From Octopus bimaculoides (lineage: Eukaryota), in contig NC_068989.1 in NCBI RefSeq assembly GCF_001194135.2, forward strand, positions 33,101,875-33,165,874: a stretch of DNA of 64,000 nucleotides. The letters run 5' to 3'. The translations under genes and the position numbers were made by a program. Below the pieces are notes generated by a model. That model was not told the origin of the DNA. It saw nothing but the letters and a program-made list of their open reading frames with translations, and did no database searches. Positions 24,876-39,503 of the stretch are shown here, in pieces. How positions within the stretch are numbered: position 1 is the first letter of the stretch; each line of letters opens with the position of its first letter.

Positions 24876-27800
24876 TGTAGTGAGGCACAAGAAGCCAGCG
24901 CCATTTTGTACAAGATATCGCTGGTAGCCATTACCACGTCCGAGACAGGAGTGAGATCTCGCCTGCAACCATTTGTCATGTGCAAGACTACAGTGAGACT
25001 CTCGTCGGCAATGACTATTTAAGCAGGAGAATTAAGACATTCTCTCTCTTTCTTCCTTCTCGCTTATGCTGAGAAACACTGCGAAGCTGGCAGCTCACAG
25101 CGGACTCTTATCCCGCTCTAACTTCACCTGTTATCTCCAGAGGTAATGACTCGCATGTGAATGGAGCTATAACAAACCATGCACTACCATAAAGATGGTC
25201 ACTTGTAGTGAGCCACATGAATGCGAACTAATAATAAACGACTATTGAATTGCACTCTGCTTGTAAATTTCTTCGTGTTCCAGATCCTTAAGACTACAGA
25301 AATAATTATAATGGGAGAAGGAGACACTCCACAGGTGTCACAAGCCTTCAATTCCATTATAAAATGATGACCCTGACGGAAAAAGGATTTCGGCAGCCGC
25401 AAGCTTTCTCGTTGTAGATGCCTCACCCAAACTACAGAATGGCAGTCTGGCCCTACATCAGAATATCTTCTCACGTTCAAGTGAACCTTTAGAATTTGTG
25501 TTTTTCACCTTGAAGTTGTATGCATTCTTCCTGCAAGGAACAACACAGTATTCTTTCAAGTAATCTCCTTTTGAAGTAATTTCTCCCACAATGTCGACTG
25601 TCAATGTTTGATGCCAGTACATACACCAAATGCAGCTATGGGAGGACACTTCAAGCAAGCAAATCATCAACTTCCAGCCATCGTTCCTGTCTACCGCAAT
25701 GTTCAGATTGCTTCACATGTTGAAAAAAACCATTACCTGTTCGCCCACCATTTTCTGACAACTTCTTAAAACAANNNNNNNNNNNNNNNNNNNNNNNNNN
25801 NNNNNNNNNNNNNNNNNNNNNNNNNNNNNNNNNNNNAAAAAAAAAAAAAAAAAAAAAAAACAAACATTTTTTTCAGTGGACTGCAACACAGGTTTGGTGA
25901 CTAAAAAAGAAATTTTTTTTCCATTGCTGCACACAGTACACAAAAAAAAAAATTCAAAAATTTTGTAAAGAATATTTTTTTTTTCACACACATGTTACTA
26001 TTCCAACAATACCTTTGTCAGTTCTTTGGTCCTTCCTTTTCTTTTCTTTCCTCTGTACAAAATGAGTCTTCCCAGCTTACCCGCATACTCTGCTGATGTC
26101 ACGCTTTGGTTCACTCAATTGGATGCGTATTTTTCCACCCATGCGGTGCCTCACCAACAGCAGCTAAATCTTTTGTACTGTGGGATGCCTGCACCCCTTG
26201 CACGCTCAGTGAAAGATCTAATCGCTGACCCACATCTGGACGCAACTTATGTGTCCGTCAAATCTGAGGTTCTCCGTCGGAACACACAATCCACGGAAAG
26301 TAAATTCTGGATACTGATGCAGGATGAACACCTGGGAGATAGGCCATCATCTGAGTTTCTTCGTTGTTTGTGTGAACTCAGTGACACTCCACTTGAGGAC
26401 AATCCTCTGCTTAGGAAACTGTTTTTCTCTCGGCTGCCACCGAATGTCCAATACATACTGGCCACAACAGTCAACTCCAATTAGCTCGATCAGACAGCCA
26501 CCATGGCAGACAAGATTATAGAGTTCACTGTGCAGCCCACACCTCACCATACCTGTTTGAACCCCGTAGTAGCTTCCTCTACTACCACAAAGTCTTCTCC
26601 CTTGTCACATGATGACATTTTGGAGAGAGTCAATGCATTAGCACGTCACATGGACACATTGTGGCAAGAACATGCCAGCTCTCATCATCTTGCAGCAGAA
26701 GCTGTTCTAAGTCACGGTCAGCTAGTTCTACTCCAACGGTTTCCAATCTCTGCTGGTACCATGCCACATTCAAGGACAAAGCCTGTCGATGCATCCAGCC
26801 CTGTTTGTTCAAGCTGTCAGGAAACTAGTTACGGAAGATTTGGGCACGTCAAATTCTTCCCGCAATTATTCATCTCATCGTGCATTCTTTGTTAAGGATT
26901 GTGTGTCTAACAAATCATTCATGGTTGACACTGGATCCAGCTGTTCTATTTGGCCTTTGCGTCTTACTTCAGACAAGCTGAAGCAATCTGCCATTAACCT
27001 GCACGTGGTGAATCTATCCCCAATAAAAACTTACGGTCAGGTCTCATTAAACCTAGATCTCAACCTTTGAAGGGATTTTAGGTGGGTTTTTGTTATAGCA
27101 GATATATTGTACCCCATTCTGGCCAGGGACTTCTTAAACCACTTTCACTTATTAGTAGATGTCAGGTAACAGAGACTCGGGGACGATTCTACGTCTTTGT
27201 TTACGCCTACTCAGGTTACTACTAATGCTGTTCTCAGCCCGTCATTTTTTGTCACCACTGCTGGTGACCAGTTCCATTCCCTTTTGGCTTCTTTCCCAGA
27301 TCTGGTAGATCCAACTTTCAAATCATTCAAAGTCACACACTCGACTCGCCATTATATCACTACTTCCGGACTACCCGTCTTTTCGCGTCCACAGCGACTC
27401 GCTCCTGATTGGCTCAAAAAGGCTCAATCTGAGTTTGAGCATATGCTTCAACTCAGCCTTATTCGCCCCTTCACCAGCCCTTGCGCATCTCCTCTACATT
27501 TGGCATGGAAAGGGGATTACAAACGTTTGAATGCGGTCACTGTTCCCGATTACTATCCTATAAGGAATCTCCAAGATTTTTCTTCAAACTTGCATGGTTG
27601 TACTATTTTTACCAAGGTTGACCTCATCCAAGATTATCATCAAATTCCAATGAACCCTGACGACATTTCCCAAACTGCTGTTATCACCCCCTTTGGAAAT
27701 TTTGAGTTTCTGTTTATGAGCTTCGGTTTGCGGAATGCAATGAGCACATTCCAGAAGTTTACTGATGAAGTTGTCCGTGGACTTGACTTTGTGTTCGCTT

Positions 27801-30450
27801 ATGTTGATGATTTGCTCATAGCTAGCAACATGTGTGAAAATCACCCCCAACACTTATATCAACTTTTTCAGCATCTTCACACCTATAGTGTGCAAATCAA
27901 CCCCGATAAGTGTGTTTTCTGACAGACCTCTCTGGAATTCCTAGGTCATTATATTGACTCTAATAGTATCCGACCTCTCTCCTCCAAAGTCAATGTAATT
28001 CAATGCATCTCTTTAACAGTTGATGCATTGGATTCTGCGGTTGGTGCTGTTTTGCAACATAGCATTGACAATCTAAACTTGGCCTTTGACATTTTTTCCT
28101 CATCAATTAAAGCCAGCTGAACATTGTTACAGTACGTTTGATAGTGAACTCTTAGCAATCTACCTGTCGGTTCATCATTTTCAACATCAACTTGAGGGCC
28201 GGGATTTTGTGATTTATACTGATCACAAGCCTCTTATGTTTGCTCTGTCATCTAAATCGGACAAACACTCGCCTCGTGCTTTTCGTCACCTGGACTACAT
28301 TTCCCAGTTCACAAGTGACATTCGGCATATACCTGGAATAGAGGACATGCCTGCTTACGCATTCCCTTGTCTCCCTGTGTGTTCTCTTTCATCTCCTGCT
28401 GCAATCGATTTAACTGCCATTGCGTAGGATCACCCAGCTCTGGACACATTGGATCTAACTTCCACCAAGTTGTCCTGTTGCAAGTTTGCCTATCTTCCAA
28501 TTCCGTCTGCTGAAGACACAATCCTTTGTGACACAGCTACTGGTTCTCCCAGACCGTTTGTACCTGAGAACCATCAGCGTTCCGTTTTTGATGCCTTGCA
28601 TTCAATGTCACATCCCTGCATCACTGCCTCGGTGAAGCTTATTACGGTTCAGTTTTACTGGCCTAATATGTGCCATATGATCACCGCTTGGGCAAGCTCT
28701 TGTGTGAAATGCCAATGTTCTAAAATCCACAGGCACATTCGCACTCCTCTTGGACAGCTTTCTCTGCCGGAGACTCGCTTTCACCATGTCAACATTGATC
28801 TGGTTGGACCATGGCCTGTCAGTCATGGTTTCTCTTATATATTGACGTGTGTCGATCGTTTCTCTTGTTGGCCTGAAGCCATTCCAATAGTGGACATTTC
28901 GCTGAGCCAGTTGCTCGAGCTTTCATTTCTAACTGGATTGCTCGCTTTGGTGTCCCAGCTAAAATAACCACTGATCATGGACGCCAGATCGATGCCTCCT
29001 TATATCATGAATTGTCACGAATCCCAGGTGTTCATCACATTCATACGACCAGCTACCATCCAGCTTCCAACGGGATGGTCGAACATTTTCACAGGCAACT
29101 GAAGGCCACTCTATACACCACTCTTGATCTGCAGTCTTGGACAGAATTCCTGCCTATCGTTCTTCTGGGTGGTCGCACTGCTGTTAAAACATACTTAAGT
29201 TTCTCCTCTGCTGAACTCCTTTACAGTACCATCCTGGCACAATGTTGGTGCCAGACAATTCATCGCATCCTGACCCAACGTCATATGTCACCAGACTTCA
29301 CTCGTATTTCTCAAGTCTTCCACCCATGCATCCGCGTAACCAGTCCATTCCCTCTCACATCCCACTAGACATTGACAAAAGGACTCATGTTTTTGTTCAG
29401 GATGATTCTGTTAGAGGACTGCTTGTTTCTCCTTATAAAGGACCATTTCATGTGCTATCACGCACACCTAAAACTTTTAATCTTGACATCAATGGTCAGG
29501 CAGAGACTGTGTCAGTTAACAAATTTAAAAGGGTACATTTTGAGGTGTCCACACCCTTCGATGACATCCCAGTCACACCCACTTTTGATCCTTTACAACC
29601 ACCTACACATGCACCTTTGACCATACCATCACCTACACCTTCATCGCCACAATCTAACACAAACAAACCCTATGTCACCAGGACAGGCCGCACTGTGCAT
29701 TAGCCCAAAAAACCTTTTCTTTTCCTGTGACAGACAATTGTTCTCTCGTGTGCTGAACAATTCCAATGCCTTGCCATTGAACTTTGTTGAAAATTTTGTG
29801 CATGCCCCTTTTATATTGCTTGTAATTATTTTTCTTGACTTATCACATTTTGTACCACATCTTGTTGTTTGCAATCAGTGGCAATCTTTGCTTTTCTTGT
29901 GCCTGCTCCAGTCATTCTAATTTCGTACTAGAGTTCTCAAGGGGAAGCCCCTGTAGCGAGGCACAAGAAGCCAGCACCATTTTTTACGAGATCTTGCTGG
30001 TAGCCATTACCACGTCCGAGACAGGAGTGAGATCTCGCCTGCAACCATTTGTCATGCGCGAGATGACAGCGAGATGACAGTGAGACTCTCATCGGCAATG
30101 ACTATTTAAGCAGGAGAATTAAGACATTCTCTCTCTTTCTTTCTTCTTGCTTATGCTGAGAAACACTGCGAATCTGGCAGCTCACAGCAGACTCTTATCT
30201 CGCTCTAACTTCACCTGTTATCTCCAGAGGTAATGAACCTCACGTGAACAGAGTTATAACAAATTACGCGCTGTCATAAAGATGGTCACTGGCAGCAATC
30301 CACATGAACGAGAACTAAAAAAAAAACCGGCTATTGAATTGCACTCCGCTTGTAAACTTCTTCGTGTTCCAGATCCTTAAGACTACAGAAATAATTATAA
30401 TGGGAGAAGGAGATACTCCACAGGTATCACAAACTTTCAATTCCATTATA
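24876..30450 (+). mobile_element. Full-length degenerate Ty3/gypsy LTR retrotransposon (CsRn1/Kabuki-like), antisense in CUL2 intron
   Basis: LTRs 24876-25361 and 29952-30450; 4-bp TSD AGTT (24872-24875, 30451-30454); PBS TGATGACCCTGACG 25365-25378 (12/14 match to the tRNA-Trp complement as I recall it); PPT AAGGGGAAG before 3' LTR; gag from 26062 with C-X2-H-X9-C-X3-C at 26751-26804; PR DTG, RT YVDD, RNase H YTDHKPL, IN IDLVGP/TTD.G/NGMVE; multiple stops. Confidence 0.96.
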
Positions 30451-30738
30451 AGTTCAAATCTTACCAGGATCAAACATTCCTTTCATATTCAAGGACTGAC
30501 AACAAAATATTACATAGTAACAGAGTCAATATAATCAACTTTATTCCTCCTTTCAAATTTGTAGTCTTGTGCTTGTATTTAAAAATCATTATTTAATTTT
30601 ATCTTTCTAAACTTCACTTTTTAGACCTCCAACATCATTAAAAGAATCTATACTGAGGTCTATTCATTTGTTTGTATCCACAATCCCACAAAAATTGTTT
30701 TGAGCCAAAATAAGAAACCAATTTTAATTAGAGCTTAC

Positions 30739-30837
30739 CTGAGGTGTTAACTTTTGCATCATAGAAATTCTAAACCTCAATCTTTTGTTGGAATAATTTT
30801 TGTTGAGATGAAGTGTACTGTTCTCATTTATTTCATT
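30739..30837 (-). CDS. CUL2: Cullin-2 exon (NEINENSTLHLNKNYSNKRLRFRISMMQKLTPQ)
   Basis: CAG acceptor 30838-30840, GTAAGC donor; 99 nt phase 0-0; matches cullin LNxxFxxKRxKFKI segment; joins flanking exons in frame. Confidence 0.9.
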
Positions 30838-31464
30838 CTGAAATCCACAAATAATCATCGGTTCATATTATCATGCAGTTAAAGAAACACAAAAAAAGAA
30901 GAATTTTGTTTTATCAATACCTTTCTAAGTGAGATTATTAAAACAAATTCTTGTTTCTAATGTAGTCTATCACTAGTTTTCTCAGAATCTGGTTTTAGAA
31001 AGATTTAAAGTCCAACCCAACTACTAAGGTAGCAGTTCAATCCTAGCTGAAACCAGCTCTGCTTAAGTAACCCATTCACAATAAGCATATGATGAATGTT
31101 AGTTTTCAAATACCTTAGACTTATTGTGAGCATGTTATTTTAAAATTGGAACTTGAAACATGGCTTCTCCATTTTGAAGATGGAAAACAGTTTTTTGAAA
31201 GAAATTTGGTCATTAAACTGACCAAGCTAAGAGATTTCTTTACTAGCTCAAGTTCAATTCAAGCTGGTGGAGCTAGAGTACTTAGCCATGTAGTTTCTGG
31301 TAAAAAAATATATATTTGTATGGACATGAATGTGCCTGTTTTAATTATTAATTGCCCAGCATGTCAAACACATCATACAAATCAACAATATGAACTAGCA
31401 TAGGTGTTTTCTTTAATTTATACCATGTATTCATTTGGTAGTATATGATGTATTTTTTTTTTTA

Positions 31465-31750
31465 TTCATCATCAACATCATCATCATTTAACATTTGCTT
31501 TCCATACTGGCATGGGTAGAATGGTTTGACAGGGAACCACAAGCTGCAGGGCTGCACTGAGCTCCAGTGTCATCTTTAGCATGGTTTCTATGGCTGGATG
31601 CCTTTCCTAACACCAACTACTTAACAAAGCGTATTGGGTGCTGTTTTTGTACCACTGGCACTACCACTATATAGAGTGTACTGGGTACCGTTTTCATGCC
31701 ATTGGCACTACCACTTTACAGGGTGTACTGGATGCTTTTTATGTGTTGCC
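31465..31750 (-). mobile_element. RTE 3' fragment
   Basis: (CAT)n-TTTAACATT.GCTTTCCATACTGGCATGGG start and typical 3' UTR. Confidence 0.75.
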
Positions 31751-32731
31751 AACACTTATTCTTATTCATTCTTAACTGTTCTTTCACTTGATTCCCAAGT
31801 GTTGGTAGTTGATGCAGTCCCAGCCTCTCTTGTCACATCTATACTCAGGGAAGAATTATATGTTTGGTGTATATATTGGTTTAAAAATAACATATGTATA
31901 AAACGGTGCAACCAGTGTTTCTCACAATCTCCCATTCTTAGCAGCAAGGCTAATCATCTATTGATAAGCATAGGTAAAAAGAAAGAACCTATTAACTCCT
32001 TTACAAGGTGAAGAAAGTTGCAATTATTTGATAAACATCCATAGAAAAGTGATGACAACAGTACCAAAAGTTTAATATTTATACAGGCAAGGAATCCCAC
32101 TGTTATGAACACTATTATTAAAGTTCAGTTTTTCCAATATAATTATGATAGTATGTGTTGGATGAGGCTGCAATACAACATATTCCCATTTGACTTGATT
32201 TTTTTTCATCTCAACAGTTATCTGGCCCCATTATTTTCTATTATCAGTACATAGTGGTTTTTCACCCAACATCTTTTTACATAACCATACCAATGCAGCT
32301 ACAAACCAACAGAGTTTTTAGATTATTTCTTTCCATTAATTTAAAGATGTTCCATCCTCATTGTCAAACAGTTTCATAACTTATGCTCATTTCATTAGCA
32401 CCTTGCAGAGAGAAAAAGACACTTTTATCACAAGGAGAAATAACGGCATCTTAAACTTTTCTAAGAACCACCCCAGCACTTATTATATTACCTAAGCAGA
32501 ACTTATCTACAAATACTTGCAAATCCATGGTTTTCTGTGTATTTACATCTCAGATTCCTGTAAGTCTGCAAAAGATTTCACTACATCTTTTATACACACA
32601 CTGTTAGCAGCTGTTAAAACAAATTGCTACAGTTGCTTTCAAGAGCTTTTACTAAAAATAATGAACTGTATCTCTAAAAGCAATGCATCTACAAACAAGC
32701 TCCTTGGTCACTTGCAGATTATTATATTTAC

Positions 32732-32925
32732 CTCTGTAAGGATAATTTTGCTTTCTACTAGCACCTGAAGTTGTTTACTTAGTTCCTTTTCTGGTAACTG
32801 ACTAGAGTCCATCAGCTCTCGAAATGTCAAGGATTCAGCATTGTTAAAAAGTAATAATATTGCCATGTGGTAGGTCCCCATCGTTACAGTGTAGGTTTTC
32901 TTCAGGTAATTAAATCGAACATCAG
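32732..32925 (-). CDS. CUL2: Cullin-2 exon (A-DVRFNYLKKTYTVTMGTYHMAILLLFNNAESLTFRELMDSSQLPEKELSKQLQVLVESKIILTE)
   Basis: TAG acceptor 32926-32928, GTAAAT donor; 194 nt, phase 1-0; overlaps ORF-track 32708..32962. Confidence 0.93.
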
Positions 32926-33799
32926 CTACAAATAGAAAGAAAAAGACATTGCAGAGAAACAAAATATGTCAAACAAATAAATCACAGAAGATACAAACAT
33001 TGACCTGGTTTTCATTTGGGCCTGGTTATAGCAAAGTCTTCACAAATTTGGATATCCAGAATTTTGGAGTTTATAAGTTACATAATAGACCAAAGAGCAA
33101 AATCAATGACCTGATTCCAAGCAATTCTATAACAAAAATAATCCATTATTTACTTAGGCAGATTGAGAAAAATAGTGTAATGTGCTTAGCTTAAAGGGTA
33201 CAACAAAATGAATACAGCAAAGTGAATTTATTCTCTTGCAGTAATGACTAACTGTACACCATTTGATACAATTATCAGTGTAGAATGTTGATCTTGTACA
33301 CTTTGATTCTGTTTGTCATGCCACTACTATAATTACAGAGGAAATAGTGATTATTTTTGACAAAGCATAAAGGTCATTTTTGATTAATGGAAGGAGTGGA
33401 GTCAACTGAAATGACCTAATATCCTTCTCAGTACAGAAGACTGAAAGTCCAAGTAACTTGACAAAACTTAAACACAGGCAACAATACAAGTTAGCTAAAG
33501 TATATGTCACACTGTTTCTAAGTGTCTTAGTCAACTCAACATCATATCCTTTCTCTTCATGTAAATGAACTCTTTCATAAACACAAGAACTGTCTTTAAA
33601 GAAGAAAGAATAAGAATTGTTAAAACAAACAGTGTATTTAAAGTAGTAATCACCTACAAAAGAATCAATTCTAAAGGGCTTTACATTTATATTCCTGGCA
33701 GCAAGGCACTGAATACAATACCAAGAAGCATTTAGTTTGGCTTACAACTTGCAATACCCCAGCCTTCACCTGAGATAAAAACCAGTAGTCAAGCTTACA

Positions 33800-34790
33800 T
33801 TGGTACACTAGTCTTTTTTTTTTTTAATATATTGAACATGATCCAGATGAAAGAATTAAGCATTCTCTCTTGCTAAACTGATTTTTAGACCTTTTGATTC
33901 TAAGTTCTCTTTCCACATTTGAAACTTTTTCTTTAATTGTTCAATGAATCCATCTATGAGAAATAAGATGTATCTTGGGAAACTATGATAAGCACGAGGG
34001 AGCACAGAACTGATCCTTAATGGCTACCTATAAACAGGCTAAATTCCTCACTGAAGTTGGTGCTAACTCTCATTATACTGACAGCACTTATACATTGCTT
34101 ATATGGCTTTAATAAACCATTCATTTATACCGAGTTTTCTTAGTAACCATCAGATTACAAAATATGATGCTCTGTTAAAGGTATTTAGTGTTCACCAAGT
34201 CAACAGTTATTAGGTATAGTGGCTTGCACTAAGCTAGGAACTTCTGTAGGTGTTTCACTTAGAAAAGGACATCAGAAGTACTCCATTCTATCTCAAATCC
34301 AAAGTTCATCTCATCTAAACTAATTCTCTGCCTAATAAGCTGTGCTATGACTCATTTTGTCACTTTCATAGAACTTTTCTTTTGCCTTTGTAGTAGACAA
34401 TGATATTGCTACTTTAAGCATTGGAGCTAATATTTCCAAGTATTACTTATTACTTGTAAAAGATAAGCTCTCAGTCACTATCTTTGATAGTCCTACTGCT
34501 TTCCCCGTCTTCATGTTCTTAATAGCCTATTTAACCAGTACACATAGCTGTTAACTCCATGTCTAGTTGGAGTAGTAGCTCTTTCATTCATATTTTCTCC
34601 TCATTCAGCAACTTTCTATAGCAACGTTTCCATACTCCTTTCTTCTTGATGTCACTAACAGTCCTTACACACTTCACTAATAAAGTCTTGATTTACGGTG
34701 ATACACTATTTTAACTCTTAACAACCTGTACAACACAAATCCACCCAACTACACATGTCAGTTCTATACCACCTGAACCCATCTGAATCA
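33800..34790 (-). mobile_element. Old decayed RTE LINE internal fragment
   Basis: Diverged similarity to the RT region of the other RTE copies (e.g. CTTTTGATTCTAAG..TTCCACATTTGAAAC; TTCATTCATATTTTCTCCTCATTCAGCAAC). Confidence 0.55.
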
Positions 34791-36162
34791 AAACACTTTT
34801 TTTATAATTGTTTTAAAGGAAGTGATGAATGCTCTAACCTAAAAGAGAAAATTTTAATCATTTCCTCAATGCATAATTTGCGTAATTTATTTTGAGAGTT
34901 TTTTTTTTTGTTTTTTTTGATAGTAACTTTTAAGCATATCTGGGTATGTGGTTTCTGAAGGGAGTAACTAAGCTTATCTGTAAATTTCATGATGGAAAAG
35001 GTGCAAAAAGGTCAGGAAAGAATAGTTTTTTTGAGCTGTCTGTATGTCCATGTCTATTAGAAACAATTATGGACATACATGTACAAGTGTGATTGTTAAA
35101 TTATTACCAACCATTTTTCTTTAATTTTAGCACAAATAACTATTTATATGAAAAAAAGAAAAGAAACTTACTTGTTTTTTCTACAATAGAACCAATTTTC
35201 ACAATAATATGACCCCAAATAAATACAATATAAGCATTTGAATTAACAAACTCATTTTCAGGTATTTTCTCCACAACCATTACAGGAATGAAATTTTGAC
35301 TTAGAAAATTTTCAACAGGACATTAATAGCTAAAATATGGAGCATCTTGCATTCCTGAAGCCCATGGCAGAGATCAGCCTCTTACTTTCAGCTTCTCTCC
35401 CTGCTAAGTCTGTTGAGTACTACATTCTTCACAGGGGAAAAAAAACCTAGTATTCACAACCATCTTTCTGGCTAATATGTGTGCCTGAGTGGTAGATGAT
35501 TCAGTGGCAAGCTAACTTTGCAAAATTAGTGTTGCAAATTATTATTTGCATCCAGGTGCCTTTATCTATCTTCATCAACTGGACCATAGTCACAGCTTTC
35601 ATGTATACATAAGTAACCATCCTGATGTTACCCACCATGTCAACTGAAGTCCCCAGCCATAGTAATGTGGTCACTACCATCCATCATTGAGGTAGTCTGC
35701 ATGTAAACCTCATAGAAATTATCCTTTTGCCAATTCTGACAGTGGCACATACAGAAATCACAGTTGCTGTCATAATAGCCCATTACCAGCCTAAACTTAA
35801 TTATTCAGCCATATACTCTGACTATCTCATAATTGTGTGTATTCAAGTTTTAAAATAGGTGCATCATGTCCCTGCATATTGTAAAGGTTGGCAACAACAA
35901 GGGTATACAGGCCTAAAGCACTCTTCAGAAAAACTGGCCAACCCATGCCAGTGAACATAAACACTAATGATTCTGACAACCTCAGTTACTCTAACCATTT
36001 CTCTGCAGACAATACATCTACTCTGCCTACCCCAGTGTTTGTACTTGTGTTCTTTCCTCATGAGAAGTCTGACTAAGTCTCCTCTATATCAACTCATGTA
36101 CATAACATACATTTTCTTACATCTGCTCAAGCAACTCTATGTAGAATGAATTAGTTACTTAC

Positions 36163-36229
36163 CTAGGCAAGAGTAATGCATCCATGTTAACTTCCGACCA
36201 CTGAAGTTTTTATTGTAAAACATTTCAAA
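36163..36229 (-). CDS. CUL2: Cullin-2 exon (FEMFYNKNFSGRKLTWMHYSCL-G)
   Basis: TTTCTAG acceptor, GTAAGT donor; 67 nt phase 0-1; diagnostic cullin motif FYxxxFSGRKLTW. Confidence 0.95.
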
Positions 36230-36544
36230 CTAGAAAATTAACAAAAAAATTGGCAATTATAGTCATGTAATAACATTTTTGTAGTAAGATTAGTAAAGAT
36301 GAAATGTTTAGAAGTCTCAGTGTTGCTACCCAAGCCTTTCTTAAGAATAGTAATGGCCAAATGAATCCATTTCAAAAAGGTATAAAATTCAAAATTCAGA
36401 GTTGGCTTACTGTTGCTTGCTGTGTATGGTTGTATTGTTAAGGAGTTAGAAGTTTACTTCACAACTATGCGAATCTGAGTTTGATTCCATAGCACAATAC
36501 TTTGGGCAAGCGTCTTCCACCATAGTGCCAGATGACCTAAAGTC

Positions 36545-37160
36545 TTCTTCATCATCATCATCATCATTTAATGTCTGTTGTCCATGCTGGCATGGGTTGG
36601 ATGATTTGACCAGAGCTGGCAAGCTGCACCAGACTCCAGTCTGATTTGGCATGGTTTCTACAGCTGAATGCCCTTCCTAATGCCAACCACTTTACAGAGT
36701 GTGCTGGGTCCTTTTACATGGCATTACAAAAGCACTTTTACATGGCAATGCATGGGTGCTTTTACATAGCATTGCACTGGCACTTTTACATGATGCCACA
36801 TGGGTGCTTTTACACGGCATTACATGGGTGCTTTTATGTGGCACTGCCACAAGTGCTTTTTACATGGCACCAGCACAAGACTCTTGCAAGTTAATTCTCA
36901 CCACCATGAAGACTGGTCTCAACACTTCTGCTGTGGAGTACAGGTCTTCTTGAAGTACAGCAAGGTGCCAGGCATTTTGGTCCCTTGTTATCTTGCCTGA
37001 AAGGTTCAGTGTCCTGAGGTCATTCTTCAGCACTTTGTCCCATGTCTTCCTCAGTCTCCCACTTCTACATGGTCCATCTACTTTGAGGAATCAGTACTTC
37101 TTAATGGAGCTGTCAGCACCTATCTGCATCACATGACCAAACTAGTGCAGTCTTCTCTCT
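36545..37160 (-). mobile_element. RTE 3' fragment with ~22-bp tandem array in the 3' UTR
   Basis: (CAT)n tail at ~36548-36566; about 8 copies of GTGCTTTTACATGGCA(T/C)T.CATGG at 36700-36870. Confidence 0.8.
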
Positions 37161-38367
37161 TGCATACAGCATGAAATTTAGTAAATGGAAACTGTGTAGA
37201 AGCTCATCAAAGTTACCATTCTACTTGGATAGTAGAATTAATCTGCTGAATAATTTAACACTACCTGGTTGGATTTTGTATCCAACCGATGACTCTACTC
37301 AGAAACTGGGATACATCCTGTTACTTGTATGATTTAGGAACACCAGCTCAGACAGTTTGGCCATGTTGCTTGATTACCATGTTCTCTTCACTGAGGATCT
37401 GGCTGGATTAGAGTTGACAGCTCATGTTGATTGGCCACATGGTCACAGTAGATGAGGAAATATCTCATAGAGATAGGGACTGACTAGGACTCTTGCTTGA
37501 CAGGTCGCCAAGGAATATACCAACAAATGGTGAATGCAACAATGCACTGCATCAGTGCATGCCCCTACACCTGACCTGACCACCTGGTTCCAAGGTACTC
37601 TTTTTGAAGTCCACTTTGTTGCAAGCATTTATGCTAGATCTGAGATCTGAAAATAATTTCCTCACAGAAGTCTCAAAGGTTCTGACAAAGGATTGTAGCC
37701 ACTGCTCTTGCTTTTCTGAATTAGCAAAACAAGATGAAAAACGAAAAATCTATAGGGCCAATTCTGTACAGGAAATGAATATAACCCATGTAATCAATTG
37801 CAATAATTTACAGTTATCTAATCCTTACTATTTTCCCCAATTATACATTTAATCTTTTGTAGTCACTCTGATATTGAAAATATTATAAATAATCAAATCC
37901 ACTTTTTCATCATGAGGTTAGCACTCCATTATAAATAAGTTATAAGTATTCATTTTTGAAACATCAAGAATATGAATTAAATTTAAATCAAGAAAAAAAT
38001 GCAGTTCATTCAATACAGTAGCCTATTGGTCATACTAAAATAACTTCCACACAATTACTATTACAATAAAACTAGCAATTTCTTGTCTAAACAAACATAC
38101 CATTTTATAAGAAAAAGTTATAACTATTTGATTTAAACCTAATATATTACAATTACTAATAAGGGTCCATCTTCCATGCTGGCATGAGTTGGATAATTTG
38201 ACAGGATCCAACATGCCAAAAGATTGCATTGAGATCCAATGTCTGCTTTGGCAGGGTTTTTATAGTTGGATATGATTGGGTTGGCTAATGTTCCTTCAAC
38301 TTAGAATACATTTTTATTACATACAATGACAAGTGAATTCAATAACCAAAGTAGCAGTAAATATTAC

Positions 38368-38445
38368 CATTCTAACACTTTTTTCTAATTCTTGAGGAAT
38401 AGCAAACGTTGGGAAGCCACTTTGCCGAATGGGCCATGCACCAGC
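38368..38445 (-). CDS. CUL2: Cullin-2 exon (AGAWPIRQSGFPTFAIPQELEKSVRM)
   Basis: TTTCTAG acceptor, GTAATA donor; 78 nt phase 0-0; AGAWP and FAIPQELEKSV motifs typical of CUL2. Confidence 0.95.
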
Positions 38446-39256
38446 CTAGAAAAGAAAAGAAAATAACAGTAAAAAATTAACAATATCAACTATGGTAATA
38501 GGGAGATATTTTGAATTAATATGACTGCCTCTGGGAGCAAAATTAAAATGTCTGAATGAATCCATTAAACACTTATTGAAATAGTTTAGTCAGACTTGAA
38601 ACCAGCAGAAAACAATAATAAATGTAATGGTCAAAAGTAACAATATACATAGAGAGAGGGAAAAAGAAATTGATTGATTTTCATCAGGGAATACAGAATT
38701 AACAACTGAATATAACATTGTAACTATTCTTAACATATCTGTATTGTTGTTCAAGTACAATTTTTCAAAGATAATAGTGATTTAGAACAGATGCACAAGG
38801 TGACCACATGGCCAAGAACAGAATTCTGTAAAATTTTTAGTGGGCCATAGCAACATAAAACATGCATGCAAACATGAATTCTTCAGAACCATGCAATTTG
38901 TTTTTCTTTTTTTTCTTTTACTCAATTTCATATTTTTACTCTTCAAATATGTTTAGGATATCAAAAGTATTTTTTATTATATTTTGAATTAAATTTCTTT
39001 TGAACATTGATTCTGGAGTATATTTACTTGACACTGAGTGTGTCATGGATGATATAATAAATTTTGTGGGCCAAAGTAAGAAAAAGGTTGAACGTTACTG
39101 TTTTAGAATATGGAAATAAAACAAACTGAACCATTAACAGCAAATGAAATACTGATTATGATAATTTTTTTTTTTAATGAACCACAAAGACAATTTTATA
39201 AAATGAAAGAATGTAATCAATACATTTATTACTTCTCTGAATTCTTATGACTAAGT

Positions 39257-39503
39257 CAGTGGTTCTCAACCAGGGTCCACATTACCCTTGGGGGTCCATG
39301 TAAGATTTTGTTGTTAAAGTTTATGCACAATAAATTGGATATACTTCTACAATAGAAAAATATTTTAACACTTTTTTAATACAGTTCCTAATATTTAATT
39401 ATAAAAATATAGAGGTTTTTAGAAATCGAATGGCTGTGAGGGTCTGCCTGAGTAAAATAGGAATCAAAGGGGTCCATAGGCAAAAAATGGTTAAGAACCA
39501 CTG
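39257..39503. mobile_element. hAT-family MITE (247 bp)
   Basis: TIRs CAGTGGTTCTCAACC / GGTTAAGAACCACTG with a perfect 8-bp TSD GACTAAGT (39249-39256, 39504-39511). Confidence 0.93.
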
